From positions 124,001 to 188,000 of the forward strand of contig NW_026928348.1 in assembly GCF_032062105.1 (NCBI RefSeq): a stretch of 64,000 nt of DNA, written 5' to 3'. The translations under genes and the position numbers were made by a program. Below are positions 1 to 13,670 of this stretch, piece after piece (the stretch's first letter is position 1; each line of letters opens with the position of its first letter). Source of the DNA: Saccostrea cucullata. Its lineage: Eukaryota. A model generated the notes under the pieces. It had not been told where the DNA came from, made no database searches, and worked only from the letters and a program-made list of their open reading frames with translations.

Positions 1-1250
1 AGTAGAATTTCTGCTCCAGCTTTAGTCGTCTTTGTGCATTTGTCTGGAAACGAAAGTCTATAAATTTTCGTTTAAAGGGAAATAAGTCAAAACCGGAAGT
101 GACTTTTTGAAATTTTCGACAGCATTCTGATAGAGTTTAGTAACTTCTAGTACCTCTGAAAATTTGAGCGAAATCAATTGAGAAATGAGTGATATATGAG
201 GTATCAAAGTTGGCGTCTACGAAGTAGAAGAAAAATAAAGAACTAGAGCAAAGCTCGTTGCAAAGCAACGAGTAGGTCTTCCATCCTGTTTGACCGGAAG
301 TAGCTTTCATTTTTAACAAAAATGAGAAATAACGCCCAAAAATGGTTTGAATCCTCTAAAGCTATGTTAATTAATGCAAAAATAAGCCACTTTTTGCTAC
401 TTCCGTTTTGACCGGAAGTACCGACGACGGACGGAAAATTTATTTTCATGCTCCCAGAGACATATGTTACCCAAAAACTTGTCAAGAACGGCAAAAATAC
501 GCGTTTTTCGACTACTTCCGGTTTCCTTAAGTGACGACGACGGACGTATTTTGACGACTCCAGTAAATTGAGCTTGACATTTTGAACAACTTCGCTTCTT
601 TAACATGTTTCAAATTTTCAATACTTTTTGAGATGTTAAGGAAAAACTTTCGGCCCCTCTACCCTTAATTATAGGGGCCAGCCCTTTTTTCGAGATATCA
701 TTTGAAAGATCATATAATTCTACACTTCTTTTGCTATATATGTTTTAACAAAATATTTCTAGGTAAAAAAATATCGAAGAAAAGGTGTAAGAAATTTTGA
801 AATTCGCGATAGGACTATTTTCGGACTATAGCTGGCGTCGGCGCTTCGTACTTCCGGTGGTTGAGATATACCAAATACATATCTCCAAAGGTTGCTCTAT
901 CAGCACTTAAAATTTCATGCTTCTGTGTTAAGCGCTTTCTGAGAAAACTGCCGGACAAAATGACCCTCTAAAAATCACTAAATCGCCGAAAATTTCGAAC
1001 CGGAAGTGACGTCATCAAATTAAAAAAAATGCATTAAGTTCATATAATTTGTCATCAATGCTGAAAGTTTCATGAAAATCCATAGACGCATTTACGAGAA
1101 GTCGCGTGTACAAAATCGGTAAGAATTATAATAAGAAAAGTTGAAAAGAAACTACAGAAAAAAAGGTCTTCCGTTGAAACGGAAGACCTTAATAAAAATC
1201 TTTACCAACAGAATCAGTAGAAGGTCTTCAGTTGAAAAGGAAGACCTTAA
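1..1250. repeat. Interspersed repeat (Helentron/HINE-like) with repeated ccggaagt motifs and terminal hairpins
   Basis: Recurrent accggaagt / acttccgg motifs. Palindrome aaggtcttccgttgaaacggaagacctt at ~1163-1190, with a degenerate copy at ~1222-1249. No credible ORF. Family assigned from recall of oyster repeats. Confidence 0.5.
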
Positions 1251-1277
1251 AAAGTAATTCGAAAAAAAAAAAGAAAA

Positions 1278-1349
1278 TGGATCGTCCTGGATTTGAACCC
1301 GGGACCTCTCACATGTGAAGCGAGAGACATACCACTACACCACGGAACC
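1278..1349 (-). pseudogene. Degenerate tRNA-Val(CAC)-like sequence (tRNA pseudogene or tRNA-derived repeat)
   Basis: Minus strand reads GGTTCCGTGGTGTAGTGGTATGTCTCTCGCTTCACATGTGAGAGGTCCCGGGTTCAAATCCAGGACGATCCA. A and B boxes are present and the anticodon arm is CTCGC-TTCACAT-GTGAG, followed by a T-run. The acceptor stem and D-arm are mismatched. Confidence 0.65.
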
Positions 1350-2609
1350 GATTGAAATTATATGCAAAGATGAAGTCACATATACATGTATATATTCACG
1401 TTCGATATTGTCAAAAATTTTACACAATGCATGGTGTCTAATTTATGCTTTATAAAACAGTTTGAACAGATGTAAGAAGAATATAAAGTCCGCCGAGAAC
1501 CTGGTTTATACGTTATAACTCTCCTCATGCCCCTGTGCTAAAAATAGCGACATGTAATAATAAATACTAATAAAACAAACGGGACGGGACACTTTGAGAG
1601 GGGTGGGAGAGGTCCTAGGGAGTTTTGGTATAAAATTACATTGAATAAGCTCAAAGTCTTCTTCAAATATCGCCCGGATAGGATAATGTTACACACAGAC
1701 AGAATGTATAGATTTACGACCTTGAACTCTGATTGTTTGACCTCAAAACCAATAGGGGCCTTCATTAGGCAACAGGGAGTTGATATGTAAAATTTCAAGT
1801 TTTTTTTTGTTTGTCATGTATTTATGTACGCGTTTGTTCTGCAAAGATGGTCGTTGGTTTTGCATTCATGTATGTTTCTTACGTACGTGGTCGTTGGTTT
1901 TGCTTTAATGTATATTTGTTATGTGAAAAGGTCTGTTGATTATGTATTGTATATCATTTGTTAAGTTTTTATGGTCATTAAAATTAAAAAAAAATTGTTT
2001 GTTTTCTCATAATGTTATTTTTGCCCTTTCTGCTGCCCATAGACGGAAAAGTTAAGCACAGTAAACAAAGTGGGGGTCAGAAAAAGGAGGACTCAAATAT
2101 AGAGTATTACATATCTTAGGCAAAATATTACATAATCTGATCCCCAACACCATAATGACATTGTAACATGATGTACATAGATAAAAGAGGGGTCAACCAG
2201 ACTAGAATTAGAATTCAAACCATGTAATCTTTCACAGATACAATATACATGGTTTTTTTTTCAAGTTGACCCCCTTATGGGCATCATAAGGTTCGAAGAC
2301 ATATTCAAAATGCTCTAAACTGCTGCCTGCCATCAAAAAACGAGGGAGAACAAAATAACAAACAACCACAATCCAATCAAAGATTGGATCCACCCACCCA
2401 AAGGCGTCTTGGCAGGAGACACAAAATTCCTTAATAGGATGATTCATACAAAAACATTCAAACATCTCTAAACATTTTATATACTCAGTTCAAAAGACAA
2501 TACAATAGTCAATATGTTTTGTTTTTTTTACATATCTACTACTTTTAATCATTTCTTTTTATTTTGGAATTTAATATGTGTATTGTATTTTCTAATTACC
2601 TGAATTCTC

Positions 2610-4638
2610 CACATGCATCAGAGTCCCTGTATGTTCAATTTTGTCGTAGATATGGGACCTCACAAGAAGTAAACATGAGGAGAGAGATGATTGATTTAGA
2701 CTACGTGATGAATAATAAAATAATTATAAATGGGCATATTTACAGAAATGTGGGAAGTGTAGGAGAAGGATTCCGTTACCAATATAATTCAGATATAGAT
2801 ACAATGATCTGGTTACCTGTCTACCGAGTGATCTGGGACATAAACCAGATACATCTTTACAACTTAAATCGGACAATACTGCTTCTAGCCGACTGCTCTC
2901 AGAATAAACCATGATATACTTTACTTCAGATTTTGTCATCAAGAATCCATTCAAATGTATTTTCAGCATGTATCAGAATGAATAATAAGCTCAGATATAT
3001 ATCTAGTTCTATATACAGAAAAAGTAAACTCTTTAAAAAACTTGAAAACGGTGCAAATTACTGGTGATAACGGACCATGTTCAAGGGGATTTATGGGCAA
3101 GAGTCCTCTGTTTGGTATAGAGACCGACATGGCTCACTGTTTTGTCAGCGATTTTTGGCCCCCTTCTGTTCAATCCTCATGGGTGGATAGATGTCATTCT
3201 TGGCCCCCGCCTCATGTTGTTCAAGACATCATCCAAAATGGATGTCACCTTGTAGCAATAGGGCACAAAAAAGGAAAGCTTAAGGAAGTTAGATGGAGAA
3301 TTTCATTCTCATGTGCTGAGGAAAAACTTGTGCACTCAGTGAATCATTGCCAATTCTTAACTTATCGCTTACTTAAGCTGTTCTTAAAAGACGTAGTTAA
3401 TAGTGGCGTGGATGACGATGACAAATTATTATCTTCCTATCACATGAAGACATTAATGTTTTGGATAATTCAACAAAATACAATACCAGTTTGGTGTCCA
3501 CAAAATCTCCTGCAGTGTTTCTGGACCTGTTTTGAACTTCTTCTGAAATGGGTTTCTAAGAGAATTTGTCCTAACTTCTTTATTCCAGAAAACAACTTGT
3601 TCCTAAGTAACATCCACGAGGAAGCTCAAAGAAATTTGTTAGACAGATTGAATTCCATACGCAATAGAGGTTTAGTATCGCTGTTTTACAGTCCTTTTAT
3701 GGGGCACATTTTAACGGGTCTTAATGATCAAACAATATTCATTTGTACAGAAGAGCAGGCGTTAATTTCCGAGGATGAATATGATCTAGAACTATTTAAG
3801 CAGGCTAGCTTTTATGATTGTACTATCAACTGCATTAATCTATATTACAGAATGAAATATCTGAATTTAATAGAACAGTTGATAACTTATCCTCAAACAC
3901 AGCCCAGATTTGCAGTGTTACAAAAACTTACAGTCATCATCCTTCGGAAAAATGCGTTTGAAATCTCATTTAATACAAGTGGTAATAAAAAGCTGTATAT
4001 TGTTGACAGAATGTCCTGTCACATGCTAAAATTAGCAGCTAAATTTGGTTGTATATCAGACATGCTGTACATTGCAATATATTATTACCGGACACTTAGA
4101 TACCAGGACGCTTTAAAGGTTATAAACACAACAAAGGTTAAACTAGCGAAGCCATATGTGATGTACCATACAACTCGAAATGAAGAGAGGTACTGTGACG
4201 CTGTAGGGGGACAATCATGGTCTACGAAATTAAGACAGGCATTGGCATGGCATATCAGGCTTGATTTAAAAATCTGTTACATGAACATGATGAATGAATT
4301 AATACCAGAACTACAGTGTTGCTTTATTTTTGGTAATCATTTGTTTTGTTACACTTGCCAGAGTTCTTATGCTATAGACAAAAGGATACAACGAAAGCAC
4401 AAAAAGCACTGGATGATCTCGGGATCCTACTTTACGATGATCATGACATGTATCTATACTGCCCTCTCAACGACTTATCATGGCAGGTCTTGGGAATTTG
4501 TGAACAGATTGCAGGGAAGTTTAGAGCTGCTTTTATTCCTACCAACGATCTTACAGGCAATTTCCGACTCACGATTTAAAAAATGTTTCATTGATGAGAA
4601 TACACAGTATCGTTGGACAAATATATGAGTGGTTTTGA
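2610..4638 (+). pseudogene. cGAS/Mab21-like receptor (cGLR) pseudogene
   Basis: NTase motif VGSVGEGFRYQYNSDIDTM, then an in-frame TGA at 2912-2914 and a frameshift near 3035. The Mab21 core follows (GPC, WRISFS, LSSYHMKTLMFW, CPNFFIPENNLF). Further frameshifts near 4330 and 4535 split the C-terminal helices (LSWQVLGICEQIAG; YSYQRSYRQFP...EWF*). The 5' start is uncertain. Confidence 0.85.
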
Positions 4639-5634
4639 CACAAGTAAATAGTGCACGTGTGAATTTTTTTAATTGCGTATTTATTAGAGAAACACCTGTG
4701 TTCACCTCTATATAACACAATTCATGCAATAACATTTACTATTTACCAGCGAATGCGTATAAATATCTACACACATGTATATGTTAAAAAAACCTTTTTT
4801 ACAATTTAATTTTATGATAATCTCAGTTACAATTATTTTCTTTATTTCATGATTTAATATACTGTTGTACTTGTAGTTATGTCCATTCTGTTTACATCAT
4901 AGGTATCTCGTTTTAACATATTTTAACATACATTCTATGGTCGATACAATGACTTTGTTAGTGAAAACAATCTATCAATGCGTCAGTGTAAAATCTTAAG
5001 TGACATTTTTTTTAATTCATAGAATTGCATTTAATTATGTTATGAAAATTGATTTATGATAAATAGTTTTGAAGGAAGAGGTTCTGCGTGAACTTTTCTA
5101 AGAAGCTGACGAGTGACATACCTTAAAGTTCAAAACAGAATGAAAATATAAGTTTCTATGTAGAAAGTTTGGCAAGATTCCCAAAACTGTGTATTGCATG
5201 GAATTGCATGTTTAATACAGGAACCAAGATAAGTAGTAAACTACTGATGATTTAATAATTTTATATGTTATTTGAACATTTTCGTTTCAAGAACTGATTT
5301 AGTTCGACAATAAATGACTTTGTATGTTGAATGAGTAAATACGATATTCAATATCGTTGTTTTTTAAATTATTTTTTTATTTCTCCGTAAGGATAATTAC
5401 AAAAACAACACATTTTTTCGTTGAAGTTTACCCTACCGTTTTTAATGTGTCTTAAGTTTATAAACCTATTTGAAATATTTCAACCTTACACATTGTTAAA
5501 AAAAGCTTATAGAGCGTTAATTGCACACACTCTCAATTACCGATAAAGGGTAAAACGTATTGTAAGTGTCAATATTGTTCAATTTTTTAAAAATAATAGA
5601 GAAATTTAATTACTATTCTGTGTTCGATAAATTA

Positions 5635-8470
5635 TCACAGTATAAGTCCTCTACTCCTAAAAGTTTTGAATAACACAATGAGGAGCATATACACAGCAGA
5701 ATTAGGCGTATTATTTGGATATGTTTGGGCGAAAGATATTCCATAACATTGAAATGCCACTTCATAGTTTTCCATTTGAAAATAACAATAACCTAGAATG
5801 TTATATTGTCTAAAGCTATGTAGTGTTCCGTTGCATTTGTTCACAGTGTTATGCAAATTCAGAATATTTCTTTCTTTTTCTTCTTTCTTGCAACACAGAA
5901 ATCTGAGATAGAGCAAATACACAGCTGGATGAACCCAGAAAGCTTTATCTAGCAAACATTCCCATTTCAGAGCGTCGGGAAGGAGTGGATGATCCTCTTT
6001 TGCGAAAATAACGTCTTGTGCTATAACAGACATATATCTAGCTTGAGGAAATGTGCATGATCGAAGGTCTGTGTCTAGTTCCAGTGTCTCACCCGATCTA
6101 CGTATTATTCTGCAAATCGAACAGAAACCAGAATATACAATTGAAATTGGCCTTTCGTTCGAATTTAAAATTTCTGTTAGTAGTAACGACACATCTTCGT
6201 ATTTGTGCATAGCAAGAAAACAAGTAGCTAAGTACAATTCACCAGTGACGGCATCTATCCTTAAGTTGTCCTTTAAAGTGCTAACGATTTTTTCAGAGAT
6301 TTCCTTTCCATTAAGTAGCATTTGTCTAGCTTCAATGATAGCAACACGCATATTGATAAAGCTTGTTACAGAATTCTTGATATCCTCATGGACATCAACA
6401 AGATTTGTATCACCTTTTTTGAGTGATTCTTGGTACTGTTTAAGAGTGCTGAAATCGGCTACGACTATTTCAAGATTAACGTTATGATGCCCGTAGTGGT
6501 ATAATTTGTAAGGGAATTTGTATTGATCAAAATCACACGTATATCCCTTGTGTAGGGTTTCCATACATTTTCTAAGGAAACCCACAACTCTGAAATCACT
6601 CGTTTTCCACATGGGTAATAAATGTAATCCATCTGCGCATTGCAAGGTATACGTAATAATATCATTATTGATACTGTCAATTTTCTCGAGAATCCTCTCT
6701 AAGACTTGCTTTTCTGTGTCATTCATCATGTTCATTATAGACAGGAACAAATTTTTTCTTCGATCTATAAAATGTAACAGACTTTTTTTCTTGATACATG
6801 CTTTAAGGTAAAGTAAACAACGACGTAAAAATGAAATTAAATGCCTCGCATTCCAGCAATTGTTCTCTGTATTTTCTGATTCCCAAAATACTACAGTTTT
6901 CATATGGAATGAGCTCAAGAAGTTTGGCGCAATAGTATTGATGTATTTTTTCAGCAGTAGCTTTAACAAAACATAGGCTTGGAGCTGAACATCGTTAAAA
7001 CTCCAAACAAGCTCTCTTTCCCACAATAAATATGATGTTCTCCATTCCATGGAGTAGCATTTAGACCCCTTTTCACCAACAGAAACTACATGGCATTTCA
7101 AGGATTTTATTCTCTCTACAATTTCCCTGGATGGCCAGCGGTAATTTTCCCTTTCATTTAACCATTCTACTCCCTCCTCGGGTAGGTTATGAAATGGCAT
7201 GCCGAAGGCAAAATCTTGCTCTATGGTGCATCCGATTTCATCTTTCATATACCCCTTTGGATCAGTACTAACTGAGGTTGCACAGGGTCCATGTCGAAAT
7301 GTTTCTGGTGGGCCTTTTGATGATTTTGGTCCTGATCTTTGGAGAAAATCGATCCAAAATGAAACAACTTCTTCACTAGAAAGAAGTTTGCGACCTTGAC
7401 TTTCTTTAAGCATATCCGACACAGTTTTCTCCTGATTTTCAAATATTGTGGGTGAATCCGAATCTCCCTTCAAAAGAACAAGTTTTGCATACCCTTGAGA
7501 AGAATCACTATTGTCGATTAGAAAAACATAACCTGGAATTTCACTTGCATCCTCTCGTTCGTAGCAAACACACATATTGGGACCAACAATCATTTTATCA
7601 ATATCACTTGTTTTCAGATTGGTCCCTTCTGCAGTACTTCCTCCATAGTATCTCGATATCAATCCTTCCTTTCTGGAGGAATACAGGAATTCAAGGAGAA
7701 GTATTGCATTCTTCTGAGCCTCTGTTTTACAAGTGCTTGCCATGGTGAAAAACAAGTACTTTGACACTAATTCAGAGACCTTTGCAAGATCCTCATCTGA
7801 AATCTAAACAAACAATATATTTTAGACAAAATATTTACATTGTCGTCGCCTTAACTGTTAATGTACACGGAATTTTCGAGGCAAGTTGAATTATTTTTTT
7901 CTGTTCGCTGAGATTTACTTCCATGTTTTAAAGACTTGCTTTTTCAATGAGAGAATTTGAGTGATTTCACAATCCTTCTAACTTCATGTAAGCATGAAAT
8001 GATTTGAAATCAAAACGTTAGACAAAATAACAATTATAAGTTTTTAATATTGAAAAGAAATGGATTCACTATTTTAACTTTTCCATTAAAAAGTAAAAGT
8101 TGTGCATTGTTATTCTTTTCATGTACTATTGGTCTAAATACAACATCGTGACGTCAGAATACACCCTTGTTTTATCGCAGCCTTTAACTTTTTTTAGCTG
8201 TTATACCTAACAAATTAGAAAATAATTATGATTCTTGCATTTATATACCGGTATGTTTTGATGCATCTGCTTAGAGGAACAACCAAACTAGGTATCTGAT
8301 TGTGTGCTATATGTTAACATTCTTAAAATTATTAATCCAATCACTGAACCGCAGTTTTTCAGTTAAAATGATACATAATGTAAAAGAATGCAAAAATAAT
8401 ATGTGCATTTTATGCTGTAAGAAGAAAGTTAAAAAAAACTCACAATCTGAGATTCATCCGAGTCTTCCAT
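5635..8470 (-). CDS. cGAS/Mab21-like nucleotidyltransferase (cGLR) with C-terminal TPR-like helices, ~731 aa; exons 8470-8444 and 7803-5635
   Basis: Motifs GGSTAEGTNLKTSDIDKM, RHGPC, EQDFAFG (third acidic residue), WRTSY, LSSFHMKTVVFW, and C-terminal NILGYCYFQMENYEVAFQCY. Short exon MEDSDESQI|gtgagt joins in phase 0 to tgtttag|ISDEDLAKVSELVSKY. The first exon is less certain than the main exon. Confidence 0.9.
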
Positions 8471-8809
8471 AGCTTATCAGAAACAATGTCCGAGTTTCAG
8501 TAAATGAGTTTCACTATTGAGTGATCAGACCTGTAGTTCCCTGTGTAGTGTGTTCGTTTCTGAAGTTACTGGTCCGTAAATATAAACACGATTCTATTAC
8601 TTGATTTAAAACGTGTGGTTAAAACCGGAATTTTAATAAAAAAGAAAATAAAAAAAAACATGTACACTTGACTCTTTTAACTTGGTCAGGATTAAAATGT
8701 CTGAAAATGTATCTTTTTTTAATTCAAGATAACATATTTTTTTTTAAATATTCATAGTTTTAATCTCGTAGAATTTTACAAATGAAAATATCATTTCTCT
8801 TTCAGTTAG

Positions 8810-9000
8810 TTAGTTTGATTGATTGTTTGTTTAACGTCCCTCTTCGGAAAAGTTCACCCATATGGAGGTGGATGACTACAAATTCTAACCTATACTCTGC
8901 ACTTATGAACTTTGAGCAGCGAGGAATCTTTTAAGATGTGCCAGCACCCACTGCGACATGGGATCTCGGTTTATACGGTCTCCTCCGAAGAACCGGTCTC
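8810..9000 (-). mobile_element. Degenerate SINE copy (same family as 31043-31308)
   Basis: Reverse complement of the SINE 3' half and tail (ttgtttgtttaacgtccctc...). Confidence 0.6.
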
Positions 9001-9415
9001 TTAATATAGATATGAGGATAAATTACACATACTTCAAAACTTAAACAAATTGGAGAATAGTATTATAGGGATTGACGAATACGTCAATAAAGAAATAAAA
9101 TATTCATATTAATATAATTGTCAAATACATATAATAGTTGATGATAATAATTCTCTCCTTCAGTACAATTTATTAGAATAAGGACTTGCACACTTACTGA
9201 TGGATACCTATAGCATAATTGCTGATGAACTTGGTTAGCATAGCAACAAAAATGTAACCGTTAAAGGGTGACTTTGGAATCTAAAATCTGAAGTAAATTC
9301 GGAGATTTTATACGACTATTTAATCCAAAACTAAACCTTGTTTGAGTTTTTGGTTTCCTCTTCAGCCTACAGAAATAACAACCACGTAATAAAATTTGAT
9401 TTAGTTAATGCTTAA

Positions 9416-9631
9416 AGAGGCTGGGGGGTGGCAGCCATTTTTAGACTATTTCAATCTCCTTTAAAAGGAGAGTTTCATATAAAGATATACAAAAATGATC
9501 AAATTTTAAAACTAAAATTTATGATTTTTTTATTTGCCAAATGATAGTTGACAGCTAACAATACCGTATCTAAAAAAAATAATTAAATCTGGTGGTTAAT
9601 TTTGGATTAATTTGTTGACCCACCAGCCTCC
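9416..9631. mobile_element. TTAA-flanked MITE (Kolobok-like)
   Basis: TTAA|AGAGGCTGGGGGGT ... ACCCACCAGCCTCC|TTAA: imperfect TIRs with TTAA on both sides. Confidence 0.55.
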
Positions 9632-10164
9632 TTAATCAATGTAGGATTGGAATACGATTTATTAATTGAATTGCTTAAAGGTCAGTTAAAATTTGGCTGA
9701 TCAATTATACTGATGGAAAACATTAAATATATTGAAGGTGACCTGTTGAATTAAAAAAAAAATAATAATAAAAAATCCCATTCCTATTTTGTACTTAACA
9801 GTTACTATTCTAAGCATTGACTAACACAGATAGAGCATATATGTGGAGAAGTTTGGCGTTTAATTTGGAAATGTTTGGGTGATCTAAAGACATTCCAGAA
9901 CATAAAAAGCCCACATCATATTTTTCCATTTAAAATATTTTTAAATAAATAATTTTTTCACCATTTTCACCACGTTGTTATTAAATCCAATCGATGGGCA
10001 CATTTTTTAAAACAAGTAATGATATTTTAAATGATATAGTTGATATTCCTGGCAATATGCTTCCAATTATCAAAATGAATGAGTGTGATAAAAAAAGGGA
10101 GAGCAAATGGTGTGTTAAGAAGAAAAAGTTTAATACTTTATGCAGTAATATTGACATCAAAAGA

Positions 10165-11050
10165 GGCTTGAGTTTCTGATAAACAATATCTATATGGTTT
10201 TTGAGATACAGGTCTTCCAACAATCTATTGAAATTCCCAAGGGTACCAGTTGCATCCCGTTATTAGCAGACCTAATTTTGTATTCATATGAAGTAGAATT
10301 TGTCCCAAATCTTATACGTGAAAAGAAGAAAATACTTGCTGTGTCTTTCAACTCGACATTTAGATAAATCGACTACGTATTGTCAATTAACAATGGCAAT
10401 GTCCATTCTTATGTCGATTCGATATATCCCAGTAAGCTTGAGACTAAAGATACCACGGAGTTTGACAAATCTCTTTCATATTTGGATATTTTACTTGAAA
10501 AAGACGTAAATGGTAAATCTAATATCCAAACTCCATGATAAACGTACGTGATGACTTTAACTTTACAATCGTGAACCTCCCTTACTTATGCAGCAATAAT
10601 GTACCTTCATAACCTGAAAACGGAGTTTATATACTTATATCTCATTTAATTCGAGACGCAAAGGCATGCTCTACGTAGGAACAATTTCTAAAACGAGGTA
10701 AATTATTGACAAACAAGTTGATGAAACAAGATTATTAGCAGTCTCGATAAAAGTCATTATTTCGTAAGTTCTATGGCCGATACAATGACCTTGTCAACAA
10801 AATTTATACAATTAATCATTGAGTCAAAAGCTGACTTACGTTTTTCGTACTAATTGTTAGTCCATTATTTATACACTGAATTGATGACGGATATTTTCTG
10901 TTATTTCCCGATCATGACACGGAGCACACAGCGGGTGTGACCGGCAAGCAGGAGATGTTTGGAGATCCTTGTTTCTTCTGCTCCTATTTTGTATTGTAAA
11001 TGTTTAATGGACTTTTGATCTTGAATACTGTTCGTTATATCCATATGTTT
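10165..11050 (+). mobile_element. Penelope-like retroelement reverse transcriptase remnant with its 3' end
   Basis: Decayed EFLINNIY..FQQSIEIPKGTSCIPLLADLILYSYE, FNSTFR.IDYVLSINN (YIDD region) and FRKFYGRYNDL, with stops and frameshifts. Followed by the gcgggtgtgaccgg... 3' segment that recurs elsewhere in the window. Confidence 0.8.
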
Positions 11051-11259
11051 CATTGTGTATTAAGATGAAAAACACACAAGAAATATTCTTGGAAACGTTT
11101 TCTTTCTTTTTGGAGACGTGCATTCTATACAGGAAGTAAAGTTTTCCTTGAGGTTTGAAATGTCGCAAAATGCTTTTAAATAAGAAAAGGTACTTTTAGA
11201 AAATCTTGCTCCGTTTTTCCGAGACTAAAAAAAACAACATTTTTAAATAATTCGGAACA

Positions 11260-11840
11260 AGAGAACGTGCTTTTTCAATAATACCTTTAACAAATCATGT
11301 TTATGGGGCTGTATATCGTTCAAATGAACTCTCCTCCCCACAGTAAAATCGAAATCATCCAATTCAAACAGAAAAATTAAGACAATATTTTGCCAATCAA
11401 GGACTGAATAACATTTTATTTTATTCCCTCTACTATTTTCTTTGATGAATAGTATGCATTTCATTTCATTTTATATGTCTTTTTATATAACTCATCGATA
11501 GTATACTCTTTTAAGATGCAAATGGTCCCAGTCTAATTAAAATCAAAAATAACAAAAAAATAAACAGGGGCTAATTCTAATTAGACTGCAAATGGTCCAT
11601 GTCGAGATGTCTCTGGTAGGGTTCGAAGAGTCTTTCCGAGCAACTCAATTATTGAACGATCTTTTCGCCAGAGAGAAGTTTGCAATCTTACCCTACTCCA
11701 AACATGTCATAGACAATTTTACTGTGTTAATAAAAAAATATTGATGGTAAACTGTCTCTGCAAAAAAGTTTGGTATGAACTTAAATGTGGATTAGTCAAT
11801 AAGAAAAAAACATTTAAAAAGGATATTTTATCAATATCAC
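11260..11840 (-). pseudogene. cGLR remnant, paralogous to the genes at 5635-8470 and 21951-24140
   Basis: Minus-strand fragments: DIDK (ttttatcaatatcac at 11826-11840, same as at ~7593-7607), CKLLSGEKIV, PETSRHGPFA and NDIQ...LLKVLLKKH. Collinear with the intact genes but heavily frameshifted. Confidence 0.75.
11529..11588. mobile_element. 60-bp miniature TIR element with 10-bp TSD (AcademH- or MULE-like)
   Basis: caaatggtcc|CAGTCTAATTAAAAT...ATTCTAATTAGACTG|caaatggtcc. Confidence 0.7.
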
Positions 11841-12011
11841 GTGATCATTATGCTCACATTTCATTTAAATGATTACGTAAGTCTCCAAGGAAGCAGGTTG
11901 CATTTCTGTATTTTTATATTTCCTGTATTCCCTGCAGTATTTATAGGCAAAACCATAACACTAAGTCTAGATAGAATGCGCTAAGTTTAAACCGCAAATA
12001 AAAGAAGGAAA

Positions 12012-12015
<4 letters not shown>

Positions 12016-12057
<42 letters not shown>
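12016..12057 (+). repeat. Poly(A) run
   Basis: About 42 consecutive A. Confidence 0.9.
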
Positions 12058-12060
<3 letters not shown>

Positions 12061-13499
12061 TCTGTCTGGATCTCTTATGCAAGCCATTAGGTCGTATCAG
12101 TTTTAGTCTTTTAGTATTGTCTTAAATAGATAAATATAAAAATGATATACCATGAGTACCTTAAAGTCTATTTTTCTCCAATCTTGGATATCCTCAATCA
12201 TAGGACTCATCATAAATTAACAAAATAATGATAATTGAAAAATGTTTTCAAAGAAAACAATGAATAATAAATATAATAATATAAATATACAATGTTTAAT
12301 ATATACACATTGATTTATTATGATTGTCGTTGTTCTATTATTCTGGAGACACATAAAAAATATTTCAGCCTTTTTATCAAATGGAATTTACCATGTATCT
12401 AAATATCTCAGACATTTTTAATTATAATTAGCAGTTTCTATATTTAGAGAAAATCGCACTTCCGCAAAATAGGTTACATGTGACTATTTTCGGAAAATGA
12501 ATCATCGTATTAATTGCGATTCCGTTTCATTCTTCTGGGAAAGATAAGTTTCTAAAAGTTCTCCAGTGAGTATATTGTACAATTATCGATGTTTAAATTC
12601 AGTGATTATTCATGTAGGCTACTGAAATTATTTTAAGATTAGAAAAAATAGAAATATTATTTGTTTTGTTTGTTCTTGTTGTTTCAAGCGTTCATATTAA
12701 CAAACCATCAGCCACAAATATACCTGTATATATTATTTCTATTACTTTTTAATCAGTTTTCCATTCATAGATTCCTATGAAAACTCGGAATATTTTTTTA
12801 AATTTGAATTTCTTTTGACTGTAACTTTTATGATAAATATTGTTAATCACAGTCTTACTTTGTGGATCTTTTTTTCTTTACTTGAACTATTACTCAAGTA
12901 TTACATGTGTGAACATTCTCAAGTATGATAATATAAAATGATTATGATTATGTAAAATGATCACTTTTTACATTGAATTATATTACATTTAATGAAGTTA
13001 CTATTTTCCCAAGTCAATGGTTTCTTATCCACTTAGCCCCAGTTCAGATCCACAATTATACTTTCTCTGTAATTGTTGAGTGTACCACTCACAGTATAGG
13101 GAGTCATATGGGTGGATCAATTTACTTTATAGTCTATTTACATTGGAATAAATTTTTAAACATTTGAATTCTATATATATACATGAAGGATGTTAAATTT
13201 AAATAATTATGTTAATTGTAAAAAAAAACACCATTTACTGATAATTACATCACTGTGTTGCTTCGAGTATGGTAGATTTTTAGTGAATATGATGCAATCA
13301 AATTTAGTCATGTGAATATTCATCATTATAAATAATACTTTGAAGGTAAGCTTTTTCTATTGTTAACCTTTCTATTTTCATAAAAGAAAATGATCGGAAG
13401 GTCAGGAATTCAAATCAAGGCCGCGACTGATCTAAAAGTTGATAAAAAAGGTAGCAACGCTTTCTTTGAGAAGTGTTCGACACTTTGAAGAGAAAGTTA

Positions 13500-13670
13500 C
13501 GAGTCATTCAGATGAAATCTTAAAAATCGAGGCCTCGTTTTACAATGGGCGTTGGCACGATAAAGAATTCTCACTGCTCAATTACTCTGAGTACCGAGTA
13601 AATATCAAAATAACTAGTATATAATGACGTCTCTGTATGAGTGAAAATTCCTGTAGGAGACGTGAAACAA
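13500..13670 (+). mobile_element. Degenerate SINE 3' part; its tail resumes at ~14989-15010
   Basis: gttggcacgataaagaattctcactgctcaa...tgacgtctctgtatgagtgaaaattc...gacgtgaaacaa matches the SINE at 31043-31308. Confidence 0.6.

Noticed and set aside
1278-1349. Functional tRNA-Val
   Set aside because: The acceptor stem has about three mismatches and the D-arm does not pair.
2912-2914. TGA as selenocysteine or readthrough
   Set aside because: It most likely replaces a Gly codon, and several frameshifts follow, so ordinary decay explains it.
3042-4628. 528-aa ORF as an intact cGLR
   Set aside because: It starts at TTG downstream of the catalytic motif, and its C-terminus is out of the homologous frame.
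6053-7748. Plus-strand ORFs overlapping the cGLR (also 22908-23592)
   Set aside because: They are antisense shadows of the real coding strand.
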